DNA of 64,000 nucleotides from Candidatus Zixiibacteriota bacterium (GCA_030605835.1 JAUWHO010000042.1:5732-69731), one strand, 5' to 3'; shown: positions 1 through 9,494, numbered from the stretch's first letter. Program-made: numbers and translations. Notes: generated from the sequence alone by a model not told the origin.

Positions 1-99
1 CCTTTTGATAATCCTCCTCCCGGCCTTACTCGACATCCTCTTCCTGAAGCCGTGGTCGTTGAGCCTCTTACGATTCGAAGGTTGATAGGTTCTCTTCAT
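1..99 (-). CDS. rpmH: 50S ribosomal protein L34 (partial; gene continues past window start)
   Basis: Minus-strand ATG at 97-99 preceded by GGAG; translation [33 protein letters not shown] matches the conserved bL34 N-terminus. Not in ORF track because it is open at the window edge. Confidence 0.8.
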   Translation of the reverse strand, partial: MKRTYQPSNRKRLNDHGFRKRMSSKAGRRIIKR

Positions 100-289
100 T
101 TAACCTCAAATCTCCCTTTTGAAAGAACTTCGTTCGTGGGAATATAAAAATCCGATGTTCAAAGTCAAGCACAGAATGGTGAATAGTCCCCTACCCGGCA
201 GAATGCGAGAAGCCCCGATTTGCCGGGGCCTCTCAGCTTCTTTGATCTGATCCCGTCGTGGCTGTCGGACTCAGGTCGACGGCGACAAA

Positions 290-2332
290 TCACTTCAAAA
301 GCACCATGCGGCCAACCTGGGACTCTCCGGAAGTAGAGAGCTTGCAGTAATAGATTCCCGAAGCCACTCCATCAGCATCCCAACTCACGGAGTTCAAACC
401 CGCAGCCAGAGGGCCGTCGAGGAGAGTCGAAACCTTCTCGCCGGAGAGGTTGTATATCTCCAGTGTGACCTTCCCGGGTCGGGACAGCTCAAAGGTGATG
501 GTGGTGGAGAGGTTGAAAGGATTCGGATGATTCCCTTTGAAAGTGAAACTCGCGGGGAGGCTCAACTCCTCCTCCTGGAACCATCCCTTCAAGGTCACCC
601 AGTCGAAATCAGCCAAATCCCCCACTCCGCTCTTGGTGAAGGTGAAAAACGAGGAGTCAACCTTCACCGAGGGGTAGTCGCCGACATAAGCGATGTAAGT
701 ATACTCTCCCGCCGGCGCTCCTCCGGGAACCCGTTTCCGCATCTCAAACTGCTTGATGACTTCGTATGCCTCGAGACGAACATCGTTATAATTCAGCACC
801 GGCCCATACAGACCCATTCCGGGGACATCGACCATAGCCCAGAGGTCAACCCGCTGGTTGAAGGGGACGTTGCTTATCAGAGTGCCGTCGTACGTGAACT
901 GGCCTCCCTCGGGAGGTATCACCACCGGAGGATCGTCCGGCATTACGAGGACGCTGGCGTTGTTGGAAAAATCCAGAGTGGCGGTGAAGGCATCCTGATC
1001 GCCCAAACGGGTGTCGGTCCACAGCGGATGCACCTTACCCCCCATCGAGGTCACCCCGATGTACTCACCCAGAAGACCGGCGGTACCTAAACCGGCAGTG
1101 GGATCCGAGGAGACTGTCGAAACCCGGATGTTGGGGGTGAAGGTCAAGCCACCATCATAAGAGCGGGTGAGATAACAGTCCATATAGAGGTTGTTGGGGT
1201 CGTTCCGGCGATCAAGCCAGACCACGGTGATGATTCCCTCCTCATCGACCCAGGTCCAGGGGTGAAACTGGTCGCAACCGTTGCCGTAGGGGTCATCGTT
1301 TATGCGGATGCGATCCGACCAACTGTTACCCCCGTCGGTGGAACGCTTAAAGTACATGTCCGTCTCTCCGCCGGGACCATAATCCATATAGGCGACATAG
1401 ATGTTGCCGTTGTCGGGGCCGCCGGTGATGTCAACGTCCATCGCCGGATAGGGGAAAACTAAAATTCCGCCGTTGATGTAACCTCCGGGATCGAAGTCGG
1501 TGTTGGTCAAAACCCTCTCACTGCCGAAACTCACGCCCCCATCGGTTGAGATTGCGTAGCGGATCTGGGTGGGATAGTATGCACACCAGGCGACGTAAAG
1601 CTCTCCGCTGGGACCGACTGCCGGGACTGGCCATTGCACCCCACTCTGGTCGGACACCTGCACCGGACCGACCCAGTTTATCCCGCCGTCAGTGGAACGG
1701 CAGCACATTATTTGAGTGGAATAGAAGCGAGCCCAGACCACGTAGAGGTTTCCCTGATAGAGGCTGGTGGGGCCGCGGTCGCAGGCAATGAGCTCCTTGT
1801 CCTCGAAAACCCCGGGAACTCCGTCGATGACGGTGTAAGGTCCGCTCCAGTTCACTCCCCCATCGGTGGACTTATAAACGAAAAGACCGTTCGACTGTCC
1901 GGTGGAGTAGTAAGAGAGTATCACCGCATAGAAGTTCCCATCGACGTCAACGGTTAAACCGGGGTCGCTGTCGTATTCGTAGATTGGCTCCACAAAGCGA
2001 TGCTCCCCCCAGGTCTTGCCACCGTCGAATGAGTAACCGGCATAAACCTGACGATAGCCGAACCGGAAATCTCTCCAGATGCCTACGAGGTTGTCGGGGT
2101 TGAGGGGATTGGCTACGATCTGCTCCTCGTTATGGACCTGGCGGGTCTGGTCGAGGTTAACGCGGACGTTGAAGGGATCGTAAAAGGGTTCCAGTTCCGG
2201 GAACCCCCCTGGGTGACTCTGGATCAAATCTCCCTGCAGGACCAAAGGGAATGGACCTGGCCCTTCTCCAGCAAATGCCGTTGTGAAAAGGGACAGAAGG
2301 AATACCACCAACAGAATCTTCGTTTTTGCCAT
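290..2332 (-). CDS. Secreted BNR/Asp-box repeat protein (sialidase-like beta-propeller) with T9SS C-terminal sorting domain
   Basis: ORF track 680 aa. Signal peptide MAKTKILLVVFLLSLFTTAFA; six Asp-box motifs (STDGGKTW, STDGGVNW, STDGGINW, STDGGVSF, STDGGNSW, SYDGGLTF); C-terminus ...GIYYCKLSTSGESQVGRMVLLK typical of Por/T9SS CTD. ATG at 2330-2332 with upstream AAGGTGAGG. Confidence 0.75.
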   Translation of the reverse strand: MAKTKILLVVFLLSLFTTAFAGEGPGPFPLVLQGDLIQSHPGGFPELEPFYDPFNVRVNLDQTRQVHNEEQIVANPLNPDNLVGIWRDFRFGYRQVYAGYSFDGGKTWGEHRFVEPIYEYDSDPGLTVDVDGNFYAVILSYYSTGQSNGLFVYKSTDGGVNWSGPYTVIDGVPGVFEDKELIACDRGPTSLYQGNLYVVWARFYSTQIMCCRSTDGGINWVGPVQVSDQSGVQWPVPAVGPSGELYVAWCAYYPTQIRYAISTDGGVSFGSERVLTNTDFDPGGYINGGILVFPYPAMDVDITGGPDNGNIYVAYMDYGPGGETDMYFKRSTDGGNSWSDRIRINDDPYGNGCDQFHPWTWVDEEGIITVVWLDRRNDPNNLYMDCYLTRSYDGGLTFTPNIRVSTVSSDPTAGLGTAGLLGEYIGVTSMGGKVHPLWTDTRLGDQDAFTATLDFSNNASVLVMPDDPPVVIPPEGGQFTYDGTLISNVPFNQRVDLWAMVDVPGMGLYGPVLNYNDVRLEAYEVIKQFEMRKRVPGGAPAGEYTYIAYVGDYPSVKVDSSFFTFTKSGVGDLADFDWVTLKGWFQEEELSLPASFTFKGNHPNPFNLSTTITFELSRPGKVTLEIYNLSGEKVSTLLDGPLAAGLNSVSWDADGVASGIYYCKLSTSGESQVGRMVLLK

Positions 2333-2443
2333 GACCTCACCTTTGTGGAAGTTAGAGGAATCTCAACTGTGAGAAACTCGAATCCCGTTTTCTATGTTAA
2401 ACTCACCTCCCGATCACCAACTGCTAGTCACTGGTGAACGGTT

Positions 2444-2536
2444 ACCTGTTCCTGTTTCCTGTTTCCTGTTTCCTATCTCCTATCTCCTATCTCCTATCTC
2501 CTGTTTCCTATCCCCTGTTTCCTATGTCCTGTTTGC
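2444..2536. repeat. Tandem 7-nt repeat tract (CCTGTTT / CCTATCT units on + strand; AGGAAAC / AGGAGAT on - strand)
   Basis: Read directly: ...cctgtttcctgtttcctgtttcctatctcctatctcctatctcctatctcctgtttcc...; lies between stop of M28 peptidase gene (2541) and start of BNR gene (2332), both minus strand. Confidence 0.85.
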
Positions 2537-2540
2537 TTGC

Positions 2541-4529
2541 CTACTTCAGAAGCAGCATCCGTCTTACCTCGGAGGTCTCACCAAACGAGAACATCATAAA
2601 GTAAACCCCAGATGAGTAGTCAGCAGCATCCCAGACAACTTCTTTGATCCCTGGAGGCTGATTCTCATCGACCAAGGCTGCAACTCTCTGCCCGGCGAGG
2701 TTATAGACCTCCAGCCTCACCTCCATCTCCTCCGGCAGATAGTAGCTTATCATGGTTGAAGCGTTGAAGGGATTGGGGAAATTGCCCACCAGCCCAAAAT
2801 CTGTTGGTACGGGCGAGGTCGACTTCTCCACTTCCCATCCAGAGATCCCCGAGCTATAGCTTTCGCCAGAGCCTCCAGTTTTGGTAAAAGTGAACAGGTC
2901 GAAGTCGTAGACAGAACTCGGGTAGGTCCCGACCTTGCCGAGGTACTGATACAATCCAGCAGGGGCAGGACCGGGTACATTTTGAACCAGGTCGAACACC
3001 TGGACGTGGCCGTGGGGAGCGAGGTGGACATTCCTCATTTTCAGTGGGCCGTGAGGAGTGCCGTCGGGAAGGATCACGTCCACCCAGGCATTGAAATCCT
3101 GAGCTTGGCTGGTGGAGTTGGCCAGAGTGACGTCGAAGGTGAAACTCCCGCCCTCCGGGGGAATCACTATCGAAGGAGATTCTGGATCGAGCTCTACCCT
3201 GACGATTTTTTCGCCGAGGATTCCAGCTAAGGAAGCCATCGTCACCCCGGCCCCCTTGACAACTTCGATTCCGAAATCGGTGTCTAAGTTCCCGACGGTG
3301 TCGGCAGTGGAGTGATACCAGGGATAGAAATCGGGAGCCGACCACATCTGGGCATCAATGGAGAATATCGCCGGGAAACCGTAAACCGAGAACCAGAAAT
3401 GGTCGCTACCGTAAGTGGGGCCATCTTCGTTCAGGCGGATGGAATAGGCATCGGTGTAATCGTCGACCATCTGGGCCAGGAAGTCGCCCAGGGCTATCTC
3501 CAAGGGCTTATTACGATCGGCATAGATATTGATGTCCCAACCGTAACCCCCCTCATATGAAATCATGTCGAAGTTCAGGACGCCGATTATGCCCAGGTTG
3601 TGTTGGTAGGCCCACTCGGCATAAGCCTCGCTGCCAATAAGCCCCTGTTCCTCCCCGGTGAAGAGCACGTACTGGATGGTATAGTCGAAGGTGTAATCGC
3701 TCAAGACCGTGGCTGTCTGCAGAACCGCCGCGCTCCCGCTGGCATTATCTTCGGCTCCCGGCGCATCGTATCTGGGATTCCCGGAGGTGGCATCCATATG
3801 CCCGCAGATGATGAGAATCGAGTCGGGGAAGCTCAATCCCGGCTGAGTGCCGATAACATTTCTCCACGAGGAATAGTATTCGAAGAACTCCGCATCCAAA
3901 CCCAGATCTTCAAGGTAGTCGTAAGCCCACTCTTCGGCGGCGCGGCACGAGTCGGCGTAGGAGTACCTGGTCACAAAGGCCTGAAGCCTGTAAAGCAGGG
4001 TTCTGTAGTCGGCCTCGGTAAAACGGGCAAGGATGTCCTCCAGGAAGCCATCGCTTGACTTCAGCGGCTCTCGGGCCGAGGGTCCGGATACCTCTGGCCT
4101 GGGGAGAGGTTTCATAGGTATTCTGGTGAGGCCGAAACCGATTCTCGCGATCCTTTCAATTGCCTCCGGAGAGGCAATGATTAGGGCATTTTCACCGTCG
4201 AAGTAGTTGACAGCCACCAGCATTTCAAGAACAGGAATGGCCTCAGGAGTCACCCGCAGGAGATATAGGGCCTCTCCCGGAACCGGCGAGGGCAATCCCC
4301 GAAGTGCGAATTCCTCCAGAACCTCAGCGGAGAATGTCTCCTTCTCAAATCCCACCACGGCTTCGTCCCCGAAAAGGGCATATACCTCAAACCCCTCCTC
4401 CCAAAAAGCCACTCGGCTTTGGCCTTCAGGAACCGTGGCCACGCCGAGATTTAGATCACCGGCGACCAAAAGCGCCGCCACCGAAACCACCAAGAGTAGC
4501 GACAGGATAACTGCGAACCTCAGTCTCAT
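2541..4529 (-). CDS. Secreted M28-family zinc aminopeptidase with T9SS C-terminal sorting domain
   Basis: ORF track 2541..4808 trimmed to internal ATG (residue 94, MRLRFAVILSLLLVVSVAALLVAG signal peptide; GGAGAAGGAA upstream). M28 motifs HMDATSG...DNASG...FTGEEQGLIGS...GSDHFWF; C-terminal ...GVYFMMFSFGETSEVRRMLLLK CTD. Confidence 0.8.
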   Translation of the reverse strand: MRLRFAVILSLLLVVSVAALLVAGDLNLGVATVPEGQSRVAFWEEGFEVYALFGDEAVVGFEKETFSAEVLEEFALRGLPSPVPGEALYLLRVTPEAIPVLEMLVAVNYFDGENALIIASPEAIERIARIGFGLTRIPMKPLPRPEVSGPSAREPLKSSDGFLEDILARFTEADYRTLLYRLQAFVTRYSYADSCRAAEEWAYDYLEDLGLDAEFFEYYSSWRNVIGTQPGLSFPDSILIICGHMDATSGNPRYDAPGAEDNASGSAAVLQTATVLSDYTFDYTIQYVLFTGEEQGLIGSEAYAEWAYQHNLGIIGVLNFDMISYEGGYGWDINIYADRNKPLEIALGDFLAQMVDDYTDAYSIRLNEDGPTYGSDHFWFSVYGFPAIFSIDAQMWSAPDFYPWYHSTADTVGNLDTDFGIEVVKGAGVTMASLAGILGEKIVRVELDPESPSIVIPPEGGSFTFDVTLANSTSQAQDFNAWVDVILPDGTPHGPLKMRNVHLAPHGHVQVFDLVQNVPGPAPAGLYQYLGKVGTYPSSVYDFDLFTFTKTGGSGESYSSGISGWEVEKSTSPVPTDFGLVGNFPNPFNASTMISYYLPEEMEVRLEVYNLAGQRVAALVDENQPPGIKEVVWDAADYSSGVYFMMFSFGETSEVRRMLLLK

Positions 4530-5038
4530 CGTTCCTTCTCCTACTTGTATGTGAACGTATCTTTCATGACGATTTGCTGCAGAACGGGAGCAAACCTCAG
4601 TCAGTCTGCTCTGCGAAAGTGTATCAGGCTTGCCAGTTTCCTGCAAAAGCTTCAGATCTGCGAAGGCACTACCGAAGATACTTTCTTTTAATATAGTGAA
4701 ATAGACAGATTTTGCAAATGCTTTTGACTTCCTCGGGCCGGACATCATAGCCGCAATGAAGGCGATTAGAGGGTAATCCGGTCCTGCCGACGAAACCCGT
4801 AGAAGCACGGCTGATGGACGAAGTATGGTGTTGCAGATTCTGATGCTATAGCGTAATTTCCTGATAGGGAGGAGATGTATTCAGACGCCGGGCAGCCGAC
4901 CTCAACTGTGGAGGTCGACCCCTTGCAGGGTGAAACGGATTCACACGTTTGAGGGTGAATCGCTCCCGGGAATCGAGTTAGAACGTATAACTGTAAGGGG
5001 CTGATCCGGTATGCGACTCCAGTGATTGTGAAAACCCC

Positions 5039-6424
5039 ATGAGGCTGACCACCAAATACATACTGACCGAACTGATCGGACCTTTCCTATTCGGGTTGGC
5101 AGTGATCACCTTTGTCCTGATCATGGACTTCATCCTGGATATTCTAAACTTGATCATATCAAAGGGGCTGGACTGGAAGACCATCCTGGAGGTCTTCGCC
5201 TTAAACCTGGCCTGGATGCTGGCGCTCTCGGTCCCGATGTCGGTTCTGGTGGCGGCCCTGATGGCTTTCGGTCGGATGTCCGCGGACAACGAAATCACGG
5301 CTTTGAACGCCTGTGGAGTTCCTCTCTATCGGATAGTTGCTCCGGCTTTGCTTGCCAGCGCCGTTTTGGCGTCAGGGCTGGTATGGTTCAACAACGAAAT
5401 CCTGCCGGAGGCAAATCACCAGGCGAGGCTCTTGATGACCGACATCACCCAGAAGAAGCCGGCCTGGAACTTGGAGCCTAACGTCTTCATCGACTATTTC
5501 GAGGGGTATCACCTCCTGGTCAAGAAGGTCGACCCCCGCACCTCCAGGCTGGAAGATGTAACTATCTACGATCACAGGGAGGGTGCCCTTCCCCGGACCA
5601 TCATCGCCAAACGGGGGCGAATGGAGTTCTCCGCAGACGGCAACAATCTGCACATCTTCCTGGAGGAGGGAGAGATTCACGAACCCGACGAGGAGGACCC
5701 CACCCATTATCGTCGTCTGACCTTCAGCAAACAGACTATAAACATAACCGATGTCGGGGGAGAGCTGGTCAGGTCCTATTCCGATTATCGTGGCGACCGG
5801 GAGAAATCGAGCTCCCAGATGTTGGAGGAGAATCGCCAGAAGAGAGGCGCCCTGAACAGGTCTCGGCGAAAGATTCAGGACTACGTCAGGACCGCGGCGG
5901 GCTCAGCGTTGGAGGGCGATATCGGCCGGACCGAATCCCTCCCCCGAGCTTTTGTGGTCAATCGCCGCCGCGCCGCCACCCTGGCGCTCAACGACAATCG
6001 CAACCTGCTCAGAAAAATAGAATACGAAGCCACTCAGATGAGAAATCTGAGTCGGCAAATAAATTCCCTGAATGTGGAGGTTCACAAGAAGTATTCGATT
6101 CCAGTCGCCTGTTTGGTCTTCGTCCTCATCGGCGCGCCTCTGGGAGTGATGGCACGTCGTGGCGGGATGAGCACCGGCCTGGGATTAAGTCTCCTTTTCT
6201 TCATCCTCTACTGGGCTTTCCTCATCGGCGGAGAGGAATTAGCCGACAGACAATTCCTGAGTGCCTTCTGGGCGATGTGGAGTGCGAATTTCCTCATCGG
6301 GGCGGTGGGCATAATCCTTCTGGTGAAGTCGGTGCGGGAAACCGTGTTCATATCCTGGGAGTGGTTAGACCGCCTCACATCCAAGTTCAGGAAATCGGCC
6401 TCAGAGGATAGGGGGAGGGCTTGA
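5039..6424 (+). CDS. LptF/LptG-family permease (YjgP/YjgQ) with a long periplasmic insertion
   Basis: ORF track 461 aa; N-terminus MRLTTKYILTELIGPFLFGLAVITFVLIMDF and C-terminal TM block typical of the LPS export permease family; about 100 aa longer than usual because of a charged insert. Confidence 0.7.
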   Translation: MRLTTKYILTELIGPFLFGLAVITFVLIMDFILDILNLIISKGLDWKTILEVFALNLAWMLALSVPMSVLVAALMAFGRMSADNEITALNACGVPLYRIVAPALLASAVLASGLVWFNNEILPEANHQARLLMTDITQKKPAWNLEPNVFIDYFEGYHLLVKKVDPRTSRLEDVTIYDHREGALPRTIIAKRGRMEFSADGNNLHIFLEEGEIHEPDEEDPTHYRRLTFSKQTINITDVGGELVRSYSDYRGDREKSSSQMLEENRQKRGALNRSRRKIQDYVRTAAGSALEGDIGRTESLPRAFVVNRRRAATLALNDNRNLLRKIEYEATQMRNLSRQINSLNVEVHKKYSIPVACLVFVLIGAPLGVMARRGGMSTGLGLSLLFFILYWAFLIGGEELADRQFLSAFWAMWSANFLIGAVGIILLVKSVRETVFISWEWLDRLTSKFRKSASEDRGRA

Positions 6425-7515
6425 TGTCGCTAATAGACCGTTACCTCGCCAGGACATTTCTTTACACTCTCGGATTTGCGCTACTTGCCTTTGTCTTAGT
6501 GTTTGTGATTGTTGACCTCATCGAAAACCTGGACAAATACATCGACCATGACGCCTCCCTCAGAGATGTCTTCTATTATTACGTTTGCTTCACCCCTTTC
6601 ATCGTGGTCTTGACTCTCCCGGTGGCGATGTTGCTTTCGACCCTCTTTTCCCTCGGCACCCTGTCGAAATACAACGAGCTAACCGCCATCAAAGCCAACG
6701 GGGTTTCGCTCTATCGGATTCTCTTGCCGATCTTCGGGATTGCCTTTCTGGTGAGTCTTCTAGTGCTCTTCAGCGCCGAATATCTCATCCCCCAGGCCAA
6801 CGCCGAGAAAAGCCGAATAAAAAGCTTCAACATCGAAAAGAAACCGAGGGCGAAAGAGATCATCAGGAGCAACCTGTTCTTCGAGGGGCGGGATCACTTC
6901 TTTTATTACTTCAAGAAATATAACAGTGAGACCCAGACTGCGGAGAGGGTGGTGGTGCAGAAGATCACGGAGGGGCGTATCACAGAATCGATTGAGGCCG
7001 AAAAGATGGTGTGGACAGCCCGGGGTTGGAAGTTCGAGAAAGCCAAACGACGCCTCTTTACAGATTCACTTGGGGAGGAATCCACAGAAAGGTACGAAGA
7101 GCACGAAACCCTTCTCTACCCGGTCCTGAAGGAGACCCCGGAGGAGTTCGCCAAGAAGCAGAAAAAGCCGGACGAGATGGGCTTTTTCGACTTGCGGAGA
7201 TTCATCAAAATCAAAGAGAGTCTGGGGGAGAATACCGCCAAAGAGCTGGTGGAACTCTATCTGAAAATCACCTTCCCCTTCGTCAATTTGATCGTGGTTT
7301 TTCTGGGAGCTCCGATTGCCGCTGCTCCTCGCCGGGGGGGATTCATGCTCGGATTTGCGATTTCGCTGATTATCAGCTTCGTATATTTCGCATTGATCCG
7401 GGCGGGGCAATCGCTGGGGCAAAACCAGAAGCTGCCACCCCTCCTGGCGGCGAGTTTCGCCAACATCGTCTTCGGACTTATCGGTCTGGTGCTTCTAATC
7501 AAAGCAAAGAAATAA
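6421..7515 (+). CDS. LptF/LptG-family permease (YjgP/YjgQ)
   Basis: ORF track 364 aa; MMSLIDRYLARTFLYTLGFALLAFVLVFVIVDLIENLDKY; 4-bp overlap with upstream paralog suggests an operon. Confidence 0.7.
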   Translation: MMSLIDRYLARTFLYTLGFALLAFVLVFVIVDLIENLDKYIDHDASLRDVFYYYVCFTPFIVVLTLPVAMLLSTLFSLGTLSKYNELTAIKANGVSLYRILLPIFGIAFLVSLLVLFSAEYLIPQANAEKSRIKSFNIEKKPRAKEIIRSNLFFEGRDHFFYYFKKYNSETQTAERVVVQKITEGRITESIEAEKMVWTARGWKFEKAKRRLFTDSLGEESTERYEEHETLLYPVLKETPEEFAKKQKKPDEMGFFDLRRFIKIKESLGENTAKELVELYLKITFPFVNLIVVFLGAPIAAAPRRGGFMLGFAISLIISFVYFALIRAGQSLGQNQKLPPLLAASFANIVFGLIGLVLLIKAKK

Positions 7516-7517
7516 TA

Positions 7518-7592
7518 TAGGAAACAGGGGACCGGAGACAGGGAACAGGAAACAGGGGGCCTCAGTGAACCGTGAACTGTCAACTGTGAACT
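7518..7592. repeat. Purine-rich 7-nt repeat tract (AGGAAAC / AGACAGG / GTGAACY units on + strand)
   Basis: Begins about 3 nt after the lptG-like stop (7513-7515): aggaaacaggggaccggagacagggaacaggaaacaggg...gtgaaccgtgaactgtcaactgtgaac. Confidence 0.8.
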
Positions 7593-7880
7593 AACCGGGG
7601 TAGCCTCCTGGCCTCGGCCAGGGGGATTATTTTGAACCCGTAGAGCGGTGAATTTATCACCGCCATTTCTATGAGCCGTGACCCCCTACCCCTGGGTAGC
7701 CCAGTGGCCTCTGCCACTGGGTCGCTTGCATCAACTTGGGTGTGATGAATTCTCCGACCCCTACGGATTATCTTTCAAGGGAATCGGAAATCGCATATAG
7801 GAATCAGTGAACGCAGCATTCATTTACAATCCATGACGGTCGGTCTAACGGGTAACCGCAGAGGTTATCCTCCAGAGACA

Positions 7881-7910
7881 AAGAAAGGGCAGGGGTGTTT
7901 CCCCTGCCCT
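7881..7910 (-). terminator. Intrinsic terminator-like hairpin (distal, third copy)
   Basis: gggcaggggtgtttcccctgccc preceded on + strand by aagaaa (UUUCUU on minus-strand RNA); weakest of three copies. Confidence 0.35.
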
Positions 7911-8017
7911 TTCGATCACAAGTAAGCTGGGAGCTATCTTTATTGTTCCGTCAGGACCGAAGCGTAGCGTGTCCTGACGGTTAGTCCGAGGCGTAACCAC
8001 AGAGGTCATCCCTGGAT

Positions 8018-8049
8018 ATAAAAAAGGCAGGGGTGGTATCCCCTGCCCT
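8018..8049 (-). terminator. Intrinsic terminator (second copy)
   Basis: aaaaaaggcaggggtggtatcccctgcc on + strand = GC stem followed by UUUUUU on the minus-strand RNA. Confidence 0.5.
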
Positions 8050-8224
8050 TTCGGTCACGAATAAGTTGAGTGTTATCTCTTGTCCATGGGAACGTATTCG
8101 GCCTCCAGTGGTCCGACGTAAACTGCCCGAGGTCTGAAGATACGGTTTACTGTTCCGTCAGGACCGAAGCGTAGCGTGTCCTGACGGTTAGTCCGAGGCG
8201 TAACCACAGAGGTCATCCCTGGAT

Positions 8225-8256
8225 ATAAAAAAGGCAGGGGTGGTTTCCCCTGCCCT
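8225..8256 (-). terminator. Intrinsic terminator of citrate synthase gene (proximal copy)
   Basis: About 25 nt past the gltA stop: aaaaaaggcaggggtggtttcccctgcc on + strand, i.e. 8-bp GC stem plus U6 on the minus-strand transcript. Confidence 0.6.
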
Positions 8257-8279
8257 TTCGGTCATGTATTAGCCGAGTG

Positions 8280-9494
8280 TTATCTCTTGTCAATGGGGAC
8301 GTAGTCGGCCTCCAGTGGTCCGACGTAAACTGCCCGAGGTCTGAAGATACGGTTCTGGGGGAGATACTCAAGGACTCGAGCCACCCATCCAGCCACCCTG
8401 CTGACCGCAAAGATGGGGGTGAACATGGGAACATCGATCCCGAGAGCATAGTAGATGGTGCCGGAGTAGAAGTCGACGTTCGGGAAGATGCCCTTCTCTC
8501 CGTAAGCCTTGATGACCTCTTTCTCGATGGTGTTGGCGATCTTGTAGAGATGCCCCACGCCCTTCTTCTCGGTGATCTCCTGGGCATACTCTCCCAGTAC
8601 TTTGGCTCTGGGATCGTAAGCTTTATAAACCCGGTGCCCGAAGCCCATGAGCTTTTTCTTCTTGGCGATGGAATCCTTAACGAACTCCACTGCACCGGCT
8701 TCGTCCTTTATCGACAGAACGTCAGCCAGGGCGCGCTCGTTGGCACCACCGTGAAGCGGTCCCTTCAGGGAGGCGATTCCGGCGGTGATGGAACTGTACA
8801 GATCGCTCAGGGTGGAAGCCACCACCATGCAAGTGAAGGTGGAATTGTTCATCCCGTGGTCGGCGTGAAGGATTAAAGAAACGTCCATCACCTTTTCGAG
8901 GGTCTCGTCCGGCTTCTCCCCGGTCATCATGTAAAGGAAATTGGCGGTATGATTCAAGGAGGAGTCTGGATCCACAGGCTCTTTGCCCCCGCGTATGCGA
9001 GCCCAGGCCCCGGCGATGGTGGCCATCTGCGCCGTCAACTTCTCGCCCATTTTGTAGCTGGCCTTGATTCCCTCGGAGATCTGATCCGGCTCTCCGGAGA
9101 ACATCTTCTTTACGGTCGGCTCTGCCTCCTCATCGCAGGCTCCCAGGGCCGAGACCCCCACCTCCAGGGCACCCATGGGATGGGAATCCTTGGGCAGAAG
9201 TTTTAAAGCATCGATGACCGCCCGGGGTATGTTCCGATAGGAAACCAGCCGGGAACAGAATTCATCCAACTCCTTCTTGGTAGGGAGCTTCCCGTAGATC
9301 AACAGATAGGCAGTCTCCTCGAAGTTGGAGTGCTTGGCCAGATCGAAGATGTTATAACCCCGATAGACCAGCCAGCCCTTCTGGCCGTCCACATAACCGA
9401 TGGTGGACTCACAGGTTATGGCACCTTCCAGGCCCTTGTTGAGTTCGATGGTGACCGGCCACTCAACTTTGCCGGTGAATTTCGGTTGAGCCAT
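8280..9494 (-). CDS. gltA: Citrate synthase
   Basis: ORF track 404 aa; citrate synthase signatures LHADHG, MGFGHRVYKAYDPRA, FPNVDFYSG; full-length relative to the family. Confidence 0.9.
   Translation of the reverse strand: MAQPKFTGKVEWPVTIELNKGLEGAITCESTIGYVDGQKGWLVYRGYNIFDLAKHSNFEETAYLLIYGKLPTKKELDEFCSRLVSYRNIPRAVIDALKLLPKDSHPMGALEVGVSALGACDEEAEPTVKKMFSGEPDQISEGIKASYKMGEKLTAQMATIAGAWARIRGGKEPVDPDSSLNHTANFLYMMTGEKPDETLEKVMDVSLILHADHGMNNSTFTCMVVASTLSDLYSSITAGIASLKGPLHGGANERALADVLSIKDEAGAVEFVKDSIAKKKKLMGFGHRVYKAYDPRAKVLGEYAQEITEKKGVGHLYKIANTIEKEVIKAYGEKGIFPNVDFYSGTIYYALGIDVPMFTPIFAVSRVAGWVARVLEYLPQNRIFRPRAVYVGPLEADYVPIDKR

Larger units (their letters stand above)
7851..8348. repeat. Tandem duplication (about 206-bp unit, 2 full copies plus 1 partial) of the citrate synthase 3' end and its terminator region
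   Basis: Copy 2 (about 8143-8348) includes the real gltA 3' end; copy 1 (about 7937-8142) repeats it with a few substitutions; a partial copy 0 lies at about 7851-7940. Each copy carries the hairpin ggcagggg-N6-cccctgcc. Confidence 0.85.

Noticed and set aside
527-1090. Numerous antisense ORFs inside well-supported genes (for example 527..1090, 8277..8876, 12651..13355, 14829..15449, 23057..23506, 34762..35586, 47414..48412)
   Set aside because: High-GC shadow ORFs on the strand opposite to genes with clear family signatures; products are Arg/Pro/Gly-rich with no motifs.
2394-2615. Plus-strand ORF (73 aa) over the 2444-2536 repeat tract
   Set aside because: Low-complexity translation of the repeat (FLFPISYLLSPISCFL); antisense to the flanking genes.
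4530-4808. N-terminal 93-codon extension of the ORF-track entry 2541..4808
   Set aside because: The signal peptide starts at the internal ATG (4527-4529), which has a GGAGAAGGAA SD; the upstream extension has no signal and overlaps the divergent promoter region.
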